64,000 nucleotides of DNA, from NCBI GenBank assembly GCA_001643675.2, contig LSRY02000006.1:806001-870000 (forward strand). Direction: 5' to 3'. This DNA is from Monocercomonoides exilis PA203. Taxonomy: Eukaryota; Protista; Preaxostyla. The notes below the pieces were generated by a model. That model made no database searches and was not told the origin of the DNA. It was given only the letters and a program-made list of their open reading frames with translations. Both the position numbers and the translations under genes were made by a program. Of the stretch, positions 13,601 through 26,000 are shown one piece after another (the stretch's first letter is position 1; the number at the start of each line of letters is the position of its first letter).

Positions 13601-14852
13601 GAGCAAGTCGGAGAAGGCGTTTGACATGGGCGATGCAGAGGGGAATGATTCGGAGAGCGAGGAGGATGAGATGGATGAGATGTCAGAAGATGAGGAGGAA
13701 GATGATGAAGATGAAGAAGGAGATGATGATGAAGATGATGGAATTTCAGGGAAATCAAGCAAACTTGGTTCATCTTCCTCATTCTCTTTCTCAAGTTCCA
13801 ACAAAACCAAACCAGGAAAGATGAGCAAAGCCGAGCGCGATCAGGAGAAGCTGAAGAAGAGAGAAGCACACACAAACCCATTGGCCATCTGTGTGTGGCT
13901 GCGTGTGCTGGTGATGGTGCATGGGTGGTATTTACAGAGGAGTGATGGAAGCAATAACAGTAAAAGCAATGGAAGCAATGGAGCAAGTGGAGTAGGAGGC
14001 AGTGTCGGGAGGAAGATGATGCGGGAGATGCGTGCGAGGATCAGCGGGAGGGTGCACAATCTGTCATCATTGACAGCGCTGAAGGGAAGGCTGGATTTGG
14101 TCACAGGGAAGATTGTGGTGGCAGCTGAGCGGGCAAAAGGAGCGATTCCGGATGGCTTTGAAGCAGGAGGATCTGGTTTGAATGGAGTGATGGGATCAGA
14201 AGAAGGAGAAGAAGGAGAAGAAGGAGAAGGGAAAGGGAAAGGGAAAGGGAAAGGGAAAGAAGGGGTTGTTGGATTGAGTGTGGACAAGGAGAAGAAGGTG
14301 TGGGCGGTTAGAGGAGATATGGGATTGGCTATACCTGCGCTGTGCAAAGTGAATGACGATGGGACAGAAGAGGTGATTGTGCAGAAAGTGGAAGTGAGCA
14401 GAAGAGAACTGAGGAAGAAGGAGAGGAGGAAAGAGCAGGCGGTTAAGAAAAGGAAGCAGAATAGACTGGAGAAGGAGTTGTATGGGGAAGGTGGGCTGAA
14501 GAAAGCGATAAGGATAAGGAAGAGTGAAAATGAAGAAGAAGAAGAAGATGATGATGAGGAGGAGGAGGAGGAGGATGAAGAGGAAGAAGAAGAAGAAGAT
14601 GATGATGATAGTATTAGAGAAGAAGAAGAAGATGATGACGAAGGCGAAGATGAAGATGATGAGGATGAAGAAGAAGAAGATGAAGAAGCAGAGACCGAAG
14701 ATAGCGATGAAGACAATGATGAGGATGATGCTGTCGATGATGAGGAGGATGATGATAACATGGATGATTTCAAAGAAGACGAATCAGAAGATGACGAGGA
14801 GACGATTTTGTTTGATGAAACAGAAAAACCTTTCAAACGAAAAGGCAAATAA
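10651..14852 (+). CDS. UTP5: SSU processome UtpA subunit UTP5/WDR43 homologue, ~1324 aa; exons 10651-10827, 10943-11732, 11845-14852
   Basis: N-terminal WD40 (ATISSDRRLRIWDT...NHLTVECTSLSW) resembles the WDR43 N-terminus. A Utp12-type C-terminal domain (SLASTLQQALEQQDTKTILNVL...IFATVSELP; WLRVLVMVHG; LTALKGRLDLV) and an acidic tail follow. Introns 10828-10942 and 11733-11844 keep the frame. Confidence 0.8.
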
Positions 14853-15173
14853 ATATAATACTATCTTTTATAATTACAGAGGAATGACAAAATTAATCGA
14901 AAAATTCATTTCACTTTAGCATGACGCTAATATTTAACACTTCACCAATTTATAATTCCAAAAGTTTTTATTTGTAAATATGTGGATAAAATTTTTTTTG
15001 AAAAAAGAAATAAATAATGGATCCAAAAAATCAAAACTTTGTTTTTCATCATGAAGAAGATAAAATACCAATTCAACTATTCCAGCTTCAAAGAAGAGAA
15101 TAAAAAAAAATGCCAAAGATTGATTAAAGCAACCATAATACAATTATAACATTTATTAACTTTGTTTAAACAA

Positions 15174-16235
15174 ATGCAATTATCAAATTCCATTAAAATG
15201 GAGCAAAAATCTACCATTCCGTGGGATAAGTTTTCTCACAAAAATACTTTGGATTCATGGAATGCTGTTAAGGACCATATAATCGATATTCAACCAATTC
15301 CTTTGATTGTTCGTGAACCATCAAAGACTCCAAAACCAAACGGTTATATGAGATTTGTCTGTATGTCAGATACACATGGAGAGCATGATAAAATCGTGGA
15401 TAAATTACCTGAAGGAGATATTCTTCTTTTTGCTGGAGATTTCACACATGTTGGAAAGAAAAAAGAAATCGATTCATTTTGCGAATTTTTAAAGAAGTTA
15501 AAATTCAGACATAAAATTGTTATTGCTGGAAATCACGATATACCTTTTGATAAAAGTTTTTATTTGTTAAACTTTTTTCGATTTGGACATCTGCTTCCTG
15601 TTTCAACTTCCACTGTCAAGGAAGAATTGAAGAAATGTTGCATATATCTTGAGGATGAATATATTGAGATAAATGGAATTAAGATCTTTGGCTCTCCCTA
15701 CCAACCTACTTTTGGATCATGGGCTTTTAACTTAGATCGAGGAAAAAAATTGAGGAAACACTGGGAAAAAATACCCTCAAACATTGATATTTTGCTAACT
15801 CATGGTCCTCCGATGGGACGTTGCGACGTAACAAACAAAGGATTTCGCAAAGGAGATGTTGACCTTCTTCAGTGCATTTTGGAACGAGTGCACCCGAAAG
15901 TCCATGTTTTTGGCCATATTCACGAATCTCATGGACTAAGTTTTGATGGCAGTACTGTTTTCATAAACGCATCTATTTTTGACAAAGATCATGAGCCTAC
16001 AAATACTCCTATCGTATTTGATTATCCAATTCCTTATTATAATCAAACAAATCTACAATTTTCAGACTTATTGTTAGAACCGTCTTCGTCATCTTCTTTA
16101 CCTCGATATGAAACAACACCACCAATTACTTCATCACATTCCACTTCGTCTTCAACTTCTCCTCCTCTTGCTTCTTCGTCTGCTACGCCTTCTGGTTTTG
16201 CTTCGTACTCTGCTAATGAAACGCGTAAAACATGA
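15174..16235 (+). CDS. Calcineurin-like metallophosphoesterase, MPPED1/2 (239FB)-like
   Basis: All five motifs are present: SDTH, AGDFT, GNHD, THGPP, GHIHE, plus YLEDE/IFGSPYQP/WAF typical of this subfamily. Single exon. ATG at 15174 (alternative 15198). Confidence 0.9.
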   Translation: MQLSNSIKMEQKSTIPWDKFSHKNTLDSWNAVKDHIIDIQPIPLIVREPSKTPKPNGYMRFVCMSDTHGEHDKIVDKLPEGDILLFAGDFTHVGKKKEIDSFCEFLKKLKFRHKIVIAGNHDIPFDKSFYLLNFFRFGHLLPVSTSTVKEELKKCCIYLEDEYIEINGIKIFGSPYQPTFGSWAFNLDRGKKLRKHWEKIPSNIDILLTHGPPMGRCDVTNKGFRKGDVDLLQCILERVHPKVHVFGHIHESHGLSFDGSTVFINASIFDKDHEPTNTPIVFDYPIPYYNQTNLQFSDLLLEPSSSSSLPRYETTPPITSSHSTSSSTSPPLASSSATPSGFASYSANETRKT

Positions 16236-17022
16236 ATTGACAAGTTTGTAATGTGGTTTCAATGCAGATGCTCAGAAGATTATACTGTAATTTGTGAAAT
16301 TGAGTTGTCAACATCTAAAACAATTCTTTTGGATGAAAAGACAGCTCAACGTTTTTCAACTTTTTCAATGAAGCAATCTTCATTCGCGAACTTATAGAAC
16401 TATTTGTGTGTTTAATTGCTGATATGTCTCATTTTTATTTGTGTTTTAAAATGTATTTCTCAACATTCACTCATTTATCTATTGGCTTTTTATTTTTATT
16501 TTTATTTCATTTTAAACGTGTATTGCAATGGAGCGCTTTTATTTCAATTTTTTTATAAAAATAAAAAAATAAAATGTTTTATAAAAAATATTGGCAAATA
16601 AAAATCTTACAAAAAAGAAGATTGTTGTACTCCTTGAGCAATCAGAAGCTGCTTTCGTGAAACCATGCAACAGGCACTTTCTATTTAACATTGTTTTACA
16701 AAACAAAATTTTAAAAATGAATATAAATAATTACAATTTATAAGTAATATAATTAAAAATAAAAAAAAAAAAAAAGATGATTAATGATATTCTGCACTAC
16801 ATAACTCATGAAAAATAACACTGAAAGAATGACCAGGAAAATTACATATTCAAAATAATACATAAATACAAAAAAGCAAGCTAAAATGGAAAATATAATT
16901 ACATGTAAAATATTGAACATAAGAAATCTTCGAAGCATAGTTCCTTCCAAGTGAAAAATTTTTGATGCAAATGATAGCATTGTAATATCGAATAATAACA
17001 GGATACATAAAAAGTATTCTGT

Positions 17023-20000
17023 TCAAGTCTCTTCCGCTGCATTTATCAATAATGGCTCAGTGTCTCCATATTCATTGCTTGCAATGAAGTTTTTATCTGA
17101 TGCTTTGTAAAAGTCTGGACAAGTTAATGAATTAGCATCTTTTTCAATTGTTTCGATTTCATTGTTCATCCAATCAAGTCTTTCATTTCCATTTTTCTGC
17201 GGAGGTGCGGAAGCACACTGAGAAGAGTTCCTTTTCGTTGAAAGGCCAAAGTTATTGGAATCAAGTGAATTACTTCTTTCCAGTGAATCAAACGATGCTT
17301 CTGCCAGACTGTTCTGTATGGAAAACCCAGAATTCGAAAAATCCTTCAGTTTTTTAGAATCTTTCTTTAGTACTTCTGTAACTTCAAAAAGTCCATTTGC
17401 TCCTAAATTAACCACTTGAACAGTTTCTTTCGATTCCCTTCTTTTTTTGATGCACAAAGCGATTATGATACCAATAATCGCGCTTACAACGACAGTTGTA
17501 ACCAAAGGAATTATTAATGCGTATAAGTTAAGAGTGCTTGTATGCTTCATTTCAACTTGCACAAATGGCGTTGTCGAATAACCAGATTGAAATGCATTGG
17601 CTGATATAGATGCAGATACCGAAACGGATGAATGCGCTTGATCAACTGGAAAAATTGAAGAAGATAGATAAAGCAAAGCAATCGATAGGTTCTGCGGCTT
17701 TGCACTTTTTGCCAATTTATGAGTCGTCGATTTCATTGTTGAACGAAGTTTGCAACGAAGTTCAGAAACATCAAATAAAAACGAAAAATGCGAACTTGAT
17801 TGGATAGAATGCATAGACAAGTTTGTCCAGCTGTCAGGAGTATCATTTCCACATTTAAGAGCAATGTTCATTCCACACGGGAAAAATAAATCTCCATTCA
17901 CTCGGAATTCATACATATTAGCAGCAGATGATGAATGAAAATTGGATAATGAAGAGCCATAGGAAGATGCTTTGGCGCATGAAGCATTGAAAACTGTTGG
18001 GATGAAATACGTAGAAGATAGGTTACCGATTCCTTCTCCTTCAACTGTGCAATTGTTATTGAAAATCCACAACGAAAGAGAAGAACGTGTGTTTTGTTCA
18101 ATTGGAAATAAAGTGCCATCGCCTGATGCTAAACTGTTGATGGTAACTGTTCCTCCGTTGTCGCAACGAATATTCTGTCTAAGTGTTGGAAACATTGCAT
18201 TTCCAACAAAATTTGAAGCTAATGAACAGTTTGTAACAGAAAGTTTCTTCCCTTCAAGCGAAATTCCACCGCTGGATGAGTTGACAATTTTTGTGTTGCT
18301 AACCTCCAAATCAGAGTTCGATGCAGCAATAAGAGAAAACGAATAGAAACACACAGGGTCAATAAATGGCCTACTGGAAGCAGATACTTCTTCATAATCA
18401 CTAAAGGAGTTGGAACTGAAATCAGAGCACGCTCCATCGCGGAAGTCACCTCTATTAGATATGCTAGTAATGGACGATGCACTTTTTTCTCTGAGAAAAA
18501 CATGGCGAACAAGGAGTAAATCCAAAGGATATGAGCTTCCTATGAAATTGCATTGGTCAAGTACCAGATGCGAATCATCTTTCACTTCAATTATTGCACC
18601 TTTTCGCATCGTTTGATCGCACTTCTCAAAATTTACACGAGAAAATTTAATACGATGAACGCCGTTTGGTGAAAATAGAATACTGGGTAAGTCCAAAAGG
18701 GAACTAACATTGAAAAAAGAGGAATTTGATAAGCTAAAACTGATATCTTTTTTTCCTTTAACATTGGTGAAGAATTGGATTAAAGACGAGTTGCTGGCAC
18801 ACACAGAGGATACATTAACTTGTGTGAAAGAAACAATACCTTTGTTTCTTACAAAAAATGGAATATCACCAATGACGCAATTATGAAGCGAGAATTTTAC
18901 AACATTCACAACCCCGGAATAGATTTCAAGAGCATGACAATATGGAATACTCAACGAACTGTAATCAAAGACTAATTGACATGAATGAATATCAAGTTGG
19001 CTGGCAAATGATTCAATAACATAAAACTTTCCTTTCTTTCCATTGTCCAAAATGTGAAATTCCACACATGATATCGAGCTTATTAAGGAAAACTGAAATA
19101 CTCCTGCTTGAAACTCGTTTGCAAGCTTCACATCCAACCTTGCAATTTCGGGATTAGTTTGTGAAGAAATCTTCACATTTGACAGCATTATGGCTTTGGT
19201 TTGGTATGCTGAATTCTGAATGATTATTTGCCTGTTTGTTTCATTTTGTTTAAGATGCAATAAAACGCTATCCATTGTTTTGCACGCGTTTGTTTTATTT
19301 CCGCATTCTTGACCGTCAGTTCCATTTTCTCCGACAAAGATTCGCTCATCCTGATAGAGATGGATCAGCCAATACAAAGAAATAACGTTATCTTCTCCAA
19401 CGTTGCGACCTTCGACTGAATGTTCAACATCTGTGAAAGTTGTTAAAAAGTCCACATTGAATTGCATGTATGAAATCTGTCTCTCCAATGAGTCGCATCG
19501 TATAAAAATATCTAATCCGTGTTTAGCATGATTCTGCATAAACTCCGTGCCATTAATCAAAAATTTCGCTAAATCTTCTGATTCGTTTGGATTTGCTGTT
19601 AGTGTATTTTTGTTACATGAGGGTCTTGGCATCCTAACATTTGAGTAATTCTTTTTTTCATGAGGCTCGTCTAAATATAAATCAAGATAAATACCACCTC
19701 CGTATCCAGTCATGCTATTCACTCTCGAGCTGGTGAATGAAGAACTCATAATCGTTAATTTGCTAGACGGACGCAACGAAACAAATAGACATCCTCCAAG
19801 TTCATTTTGTTCAGCTACATTATTATCGAATGTTGTGTTGGATATTACTAAATTCCGGCACTGATTCTCGTTGTAAAAAAATGTTGTTCTTGGCTCAACA
19901 CAAAAAAGTGATGAAATGCTTGAATTTTGAATAATAATCGAAGAAATGCCCCCTTCACATATTCTTGACCCTGCCGATTCAATTAAAGGCATTGTCAACT

Positions 20001-23000
20001 TCACATTTCTTATAGACACATTTTGGAATTTTATAAATGTAAGTGAATAAGAAACTAAAAGGTTCGACTTTAGAGAAAGATCCCAGAACATTGAATTTGT
20101 GAATGAAACAACGCCACCAAGAATATCAATGAATGGTAAAGATTGTACAACGATATCGTTCATTTGAAACGACTTGAATTCAACAAACCCATCAAAGACT
20201 AGTAAAAATATATATCCTAAAAAATAGTCATCACTTGACTTTTCAATTCGACATTCACAAAATCTGCAACTTCCATTAAGCATTGAAATTAGTATTTTCA
20301 GTTGATATGATTCATCTGCTTGATTTGCTTTGAAAGTTATGCCCTCAAATGTTATGCTTTGCTTTACGAGAAGTAAACTATCGTTCGATTGCGTAGCAGC
20401 TGAAGATGGGTTGAATAAAATTACAGGAAAAGTTTCAGCGTTGGAGAACTCTTCCATTTTCTTTCCGGAAATTTCTTTATTAACTTTGACTGATTCTTCA
20501 TTTCCTGTAATATATCTCTTCTGAGTACTTTCATCAGCATTGAAATGAATTTTGGAATTTCTTTCATCAATTTCTCGAAGGCGCCATTTTGCAGAGGAAG
20601 TGCACTGAGAACATGGCTTGAAGCTGCACTGAGTTACATAAACTTGTTCGTAGATGACGCCAAATTGAACATATATTGTTGCTTGTGCAGATGGAGTTAT
20701 ATAATTCATTGCGATATTTATAGACTCGCAAGGAACAGATAAATCAAAGCACAACGAGTCATCTCCTTCAGCACTCACAACAATGGAGGTGAATTCATTA
20801 TGTCTAAAATACGGAACTAAAAGAATTGGATGATCAGAATCTCTGTCAATTCCCATAATCGAATTCTCCTCTTCAAAATATGGTGGATTTAAATGAAGAT
20901 GAACAGACATCTTTTTAATCTGATTTTTGAGGTTGAAGAATTCAATGAAAATATCCTTTCCAACAAGAGCTTTATTCTGCTCGAAGTGATCATTCACAAA
21001 AGAAATATTCACTTCGTCTGAATGAGTGATAATCAGTCCAATTGCTCCTCCACGACCATTTGGCTGCTGGCATTGACTGAATGTGCTCAACTCAACAGCA
21101 AATATATCAGATGGATTTTGCATCATGCAGCGAACAGCTCCTCCAGTTCCTGTTGATGATGTTGACATGAAATTAATCTCCGAAGAATTAATCTCAGTAT
21201 TTACATGAAAATGTTCATTTGAATTAGCATTACCATTTTGGTCTGTACTGTAATTCACTGATAAAAATAACGGTTCGCTTTCCTCATTTTCCAAAGAAGA
21301 TTGAAAAGAAAACATGTGAACCGAACAATTTTCCACATGAATGCATCTCGCATCTTCGTTATATTTTTTGTTTTTATTTGAATGATTTCCAGTATAAGAA
21401 CGTGTGTTCAAAGAATTGCAAACAGTGACGAAAGAACGCTTATATATTTTTACATTATTAACGCTAAATCCAAACATTCTCAGCGAGCTGAAACGTTGAA
21501 TCTCTGCAAACGGGCTTTCAGATTTCCAATTTTTCATTCTACAATCAGATATATCAACAGAACCTCCGTAGCATTCCAAAAAGGAGTACCTAACAACCTC
21601 TTGTGACAATTCAGAAAAATCAATGTTTATGAAAACACAATACCCATATAAAGTGAACACAGTGCGAAATTTGTGATTTTTGGAATAGTGAATCTCAATT
21701 CCTATGTTTACTACATCCAAATCAACGCATTCCATAATATAATATTTTGATGGTGAATCTTTTTCTTCGAGTGCAATAGTAGCTTTATTTTCGCGAAGAC
21801 GATAGATTGCAATATCGTTTGCATGAGAATTCTTACCAAATGAAATTCGACCATCAACGAAAGCAGTATATACTTTCATTCCTAAACAATGTATTCTCAA
21901 AACATCTAAGTCATGACAGGGCTTCGAAATTTTCCCACAATCTGGCGAGTTTGTACCATTTTCGTTAAAATACAGAGACTCAGAGCGATAAACATAAATT
22001 AGTGGCATGAAATCCAATTCTATCCCATCACGATCAGTGCCCCATATAGAATTATTGAGATTCATACCATTTTCGAAATCAATGACAAATAATTCTGGTA
22101 GTAATTGTGATTTAATGCTGTCGATCACAATAAATAAATCTCTTCCAATGTCAGCATCATTATCTTTAAAGAAAGCATTTATTTCAAAATTACGCCACTC
22201 ATCATTTTTTAAAATATCATTAATCGGATTGCCGAAGTCAAGATACATTGCGCCGCCTCGACCAACCATGCTTTCTTTTGTTTTTTGATAGGAATGATCG
22301 CATCTGTAGCATAAACTGTTTGTAGAAATATTCAAATTTGAATTTTTGAGGTTAAATCTTTCTTGAAGCTCTGGGACTCTTGTAGAAGAGTCGTCTGATG
22401 ATGAATAGCTATTTTGAGAAGTGTGTGCAAGGCATGAAATAAATGATGCATTCGAGGTAAATAGCAGTCCATTTGATTCCGAAGAAATGTAAGCGCATCC
22501 TCCTTTTTTTGATTGAGCAGAGCAGCAGCCAAAAAAACAACAAAAATGAAAATTAATAAAGAAGAGATTTTTTGCATCACAGACAATTACACTTGCCGCT
22601 GGAGACAGAGATTCTATAAGAGTGAAATTTGTGTAACCAAAAAACATTTCAGTTTCATTTAAAATATCATTCTCAAATTTTGCTTTCATCTTACTATCAA
22701 CTTTGGAGCTTACTATAGATTGAGTCTGTATCAGTGAACCAGACAAAAATGAAAAATTACTGAAACCACAAAGACTGACATTAGCCAGCCTCGCATAGGG
22801 ACATAGCCAAATAAATGTGCAATCAAAGGAAACAGTAAGTTTATTTTCCAAATTGCAACTGGAAAAAAACACATCCCCACAAAATACGGTTATTAGGGAG
22901 TATTGTAAAATGTTTTTTTCATTCTCTTCATTCGTGTATTCAAAAAGAAACTTGCAATTTTGAAATTCAATCAAAGTTCCCATTGCAGTGAAAACGCGAT

Positions 23001-26000
23001 CCAAATTGCATTTGAATTTACCAGGAAATCTCAGGCTTATTGAAATAAAGTGTTCGCTGTGATTGCTCACAACCATGCTATCGTGAAGAGATGATTCAGC
23101 GCTTCCATTAAAATTCAGTTCCGCTTGAGTATCTGCTCTATCAGAAGTTATATTCCAGTCAATTATTCGTGCTGCCTTGTTCATCCATACGCTCCCAATG
23201 ATTATTGCAGTGCTTATCCCAACATTATCATTATGATGATTCAATGCTTCATTAAATGTAAGGCAAGGAAATTCCCTTTCTCCACATTTAAACCAATCAA
23301 AAGCATTATCTTCAGGATTGCTCCTATTAACAATAAAACAAGGAATCTGTCTATTGCAGCAAACGATTAGAACATCATAAAACATGCTATTGTTCCTATT
23401 GTAAAGCAGAAAAGAATTATCCTCGTTGTATCCATCAATATTTTTTAATAATTTATTTAAATCCCATGTGACACTGTGAAGATTCAGTACATTAAGGAAT
23501 ATATCCTTTGCTAATAAAGCGGTATTACAAACAAAATTATCCATAAGAACCTTCACAGAGAATTCCTCTTCAGCTTTTTCAATCGAAAATACACCACCTT
23601 TGCTCGACTTTCCCGAGATACATCCACAATTTACAAAAGAACAATTACTTAAAATGTGAAAACAGCTGTAAGGTTCTGAATTAACAGTATTCAAAGATTT
23701 GACTTCAGCTGGTGATGATATCATTGAGACAGAGAATACCCCGCCTTTCTCCGATAATGTTGAAGAGCAATTTTGCCACGATGAGCAATTTATCACTAAT
23801 GATCCTTGTAAAGACGACTCATACATGAATGCAGGCATTGTACCATCTGTTTGGATGTTTGTAAAATTGCATCCCAGAAAATAAACGAATTTTTCTTGCA
23901 GTGAATTCTGTCTATTGATCAAAGTTTCATGTCTATGAATTTCGGATGAGTTGAAATTTGTTCCTCGACAACGAGTACACACAGCTACTGAATTCGTTGC
24001 TTTTGCTTTATTCTGAATTTCTGTAGCAAGAGTCTGCTGGGAAGAGGATATGAAAATAAATGGCGATTCATGAAGATTGAAATTTGAGCCAGAAACATTT
24101 CTGAACATCATCAATCCAGAAATTTGATAAAAGGCAAAGAAAGGGCAATGAAAAGACGCTGCATTACAACTTCCCTGAAACGATTGGAATTTTTGAGAAA
24201 AAACAATTTCAGAAATATCGACGCTTCCTCCATGGACTTCTGCAAAAATGAAGTTCGCGTTGCAAGATTGATCAGAAGTAATAACATTCACTGTGGATAA
24301 CTTTAACATAAAAAATAACTCTTTATTCGCCTGAGAAAAAGTTTCACCTGTTTTGATAAGAACAGTTTGCTCCAATTCATAATTGGTTAATAAATAATTA
24401 TCATTTGATAAATTCGTATCTTCTTTTGTCAAATAAATATTGAATGATACGTCAATGAATGAAATATCGCCAACATAGCGAAAGAATACAATTGGTGTAT
24501 TAACAGACAAATCAAAGCATAGTTGAGCACGTTCTGATTCTTCACTTGCTTCTGTTTCTTCAGAAAAAGTCGAAAATACAGAGGAATAGATTTGCATCTC
24601 CGACAATACATCAATTTTTCCGCTTAAACGAACTTGCGTAAGTTGGGAACGAAAACAGTGCTTTATTCCATATTCTAATGTTGCGCAAGGTTGTTCCTTA
24701 TTTCCACATAGGAACCAATTTGAGCCTTTGTGAGATGAGTTGCAAATATAAATGTTGTCACTTTTGTATGTCATTATTTCAAATAGAGAAATAACAACGT
24801 TAAGTTCCCTATCTTTGCCCATCATTGTGTTGTCAATATCAGTTGTATTATCAAACATTTTTTCAAAAAGATTGAGAACACTATCTTTTTTAAGAATTTC
24901 TAAAGAAAGAAAAAGATCCTTTCCAGTTTTTGCTTCATTAAACCGAAAAGTTGAACTGTTAATGCTTAGTAAATCAGCATCAAAAGCTTCCAAATAAAGG
25001 CCTCCTCCAAAAGAATCATGATGTTCGCTGAACTTGGCACAGCATCCCGAAAACTCGCTACTTTTAATAGAAACAGGTATTTTTTGTTTGACACAAATGC
25101 AAATGCAACCTCCATTGTTTGCTTCTGACGAGCAATTTTTGAACGAACAATTATCAAAGGATACTCTGGAATGATATGTTTGTGAAGGTAAAGCAAGAAA
25201 TGACGACAAATGGCCAAATGTTAAAATATTACTAACGTTCACTCGTAACAAATGCAATATCTCGATTTCATCATCTGCAATCGACTCATCATTAGGGGAA
25301 AAACTTTGAGAAGTGAATGCCAATGAATGAGCCTTTTTGCATTTCACATTCTCGGGAAAATGAAAATTGATAAGTGTTGCTCCTTCCATTCTGAAAGACT
25401 CAAATGAAACATGTATCATCTCAATGTTGCAGGATGGTGAGATTATAGAAATCAAAGGCATTGTCAAAGAACCATGAAACGCAGGATTCAGTGATTGATG
25501 AAATATAACATAATTAAACGCTGCATAGCTTGTGGATTCAATTCCTTGGATAATCATAAGTTGAACATTTGTTTGTTCATGAACAAAGTGAAGGGCGCTA
25601 AACTCTGCGTATTCTGATTTAATTGTTATATATGGTTGATTGCCCGTGCATTTTGAAGTTGATATAACTGGTAATTGAGAATCGGTTGCTTTTCCATATA
25701 GCGTTGATGAATTAAATAAAACAATAGGCAACTCTTCTTCGTAAGTTCCATTCGCTATAGTTATCTGCATTGTTGAACATAATGCAGAAGGATGTAAAGC
25801 GTTGGAAATAGTTTTACACGGAAGTGCATCTTCAATAATCATTCCACAAAATTCGTTTCTATCGTCTCCTTCTGTTGCACTTACAAAACGTTTTGGTGAT
25901 CCCTTAAAAAGAATATGACCCATTTCTTTTGTAGCATCTCCGCATTGCCAGATAACATGGCTGGGGACAATACTTGTAGCATAAGATAAAGAAATACTAG

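Noticed and set aside
13151-14848. 225- and 335-aa antisense ORFs within UTP5
   Set aside because: Mirror of the Glu/Asp tracts; no domain content.
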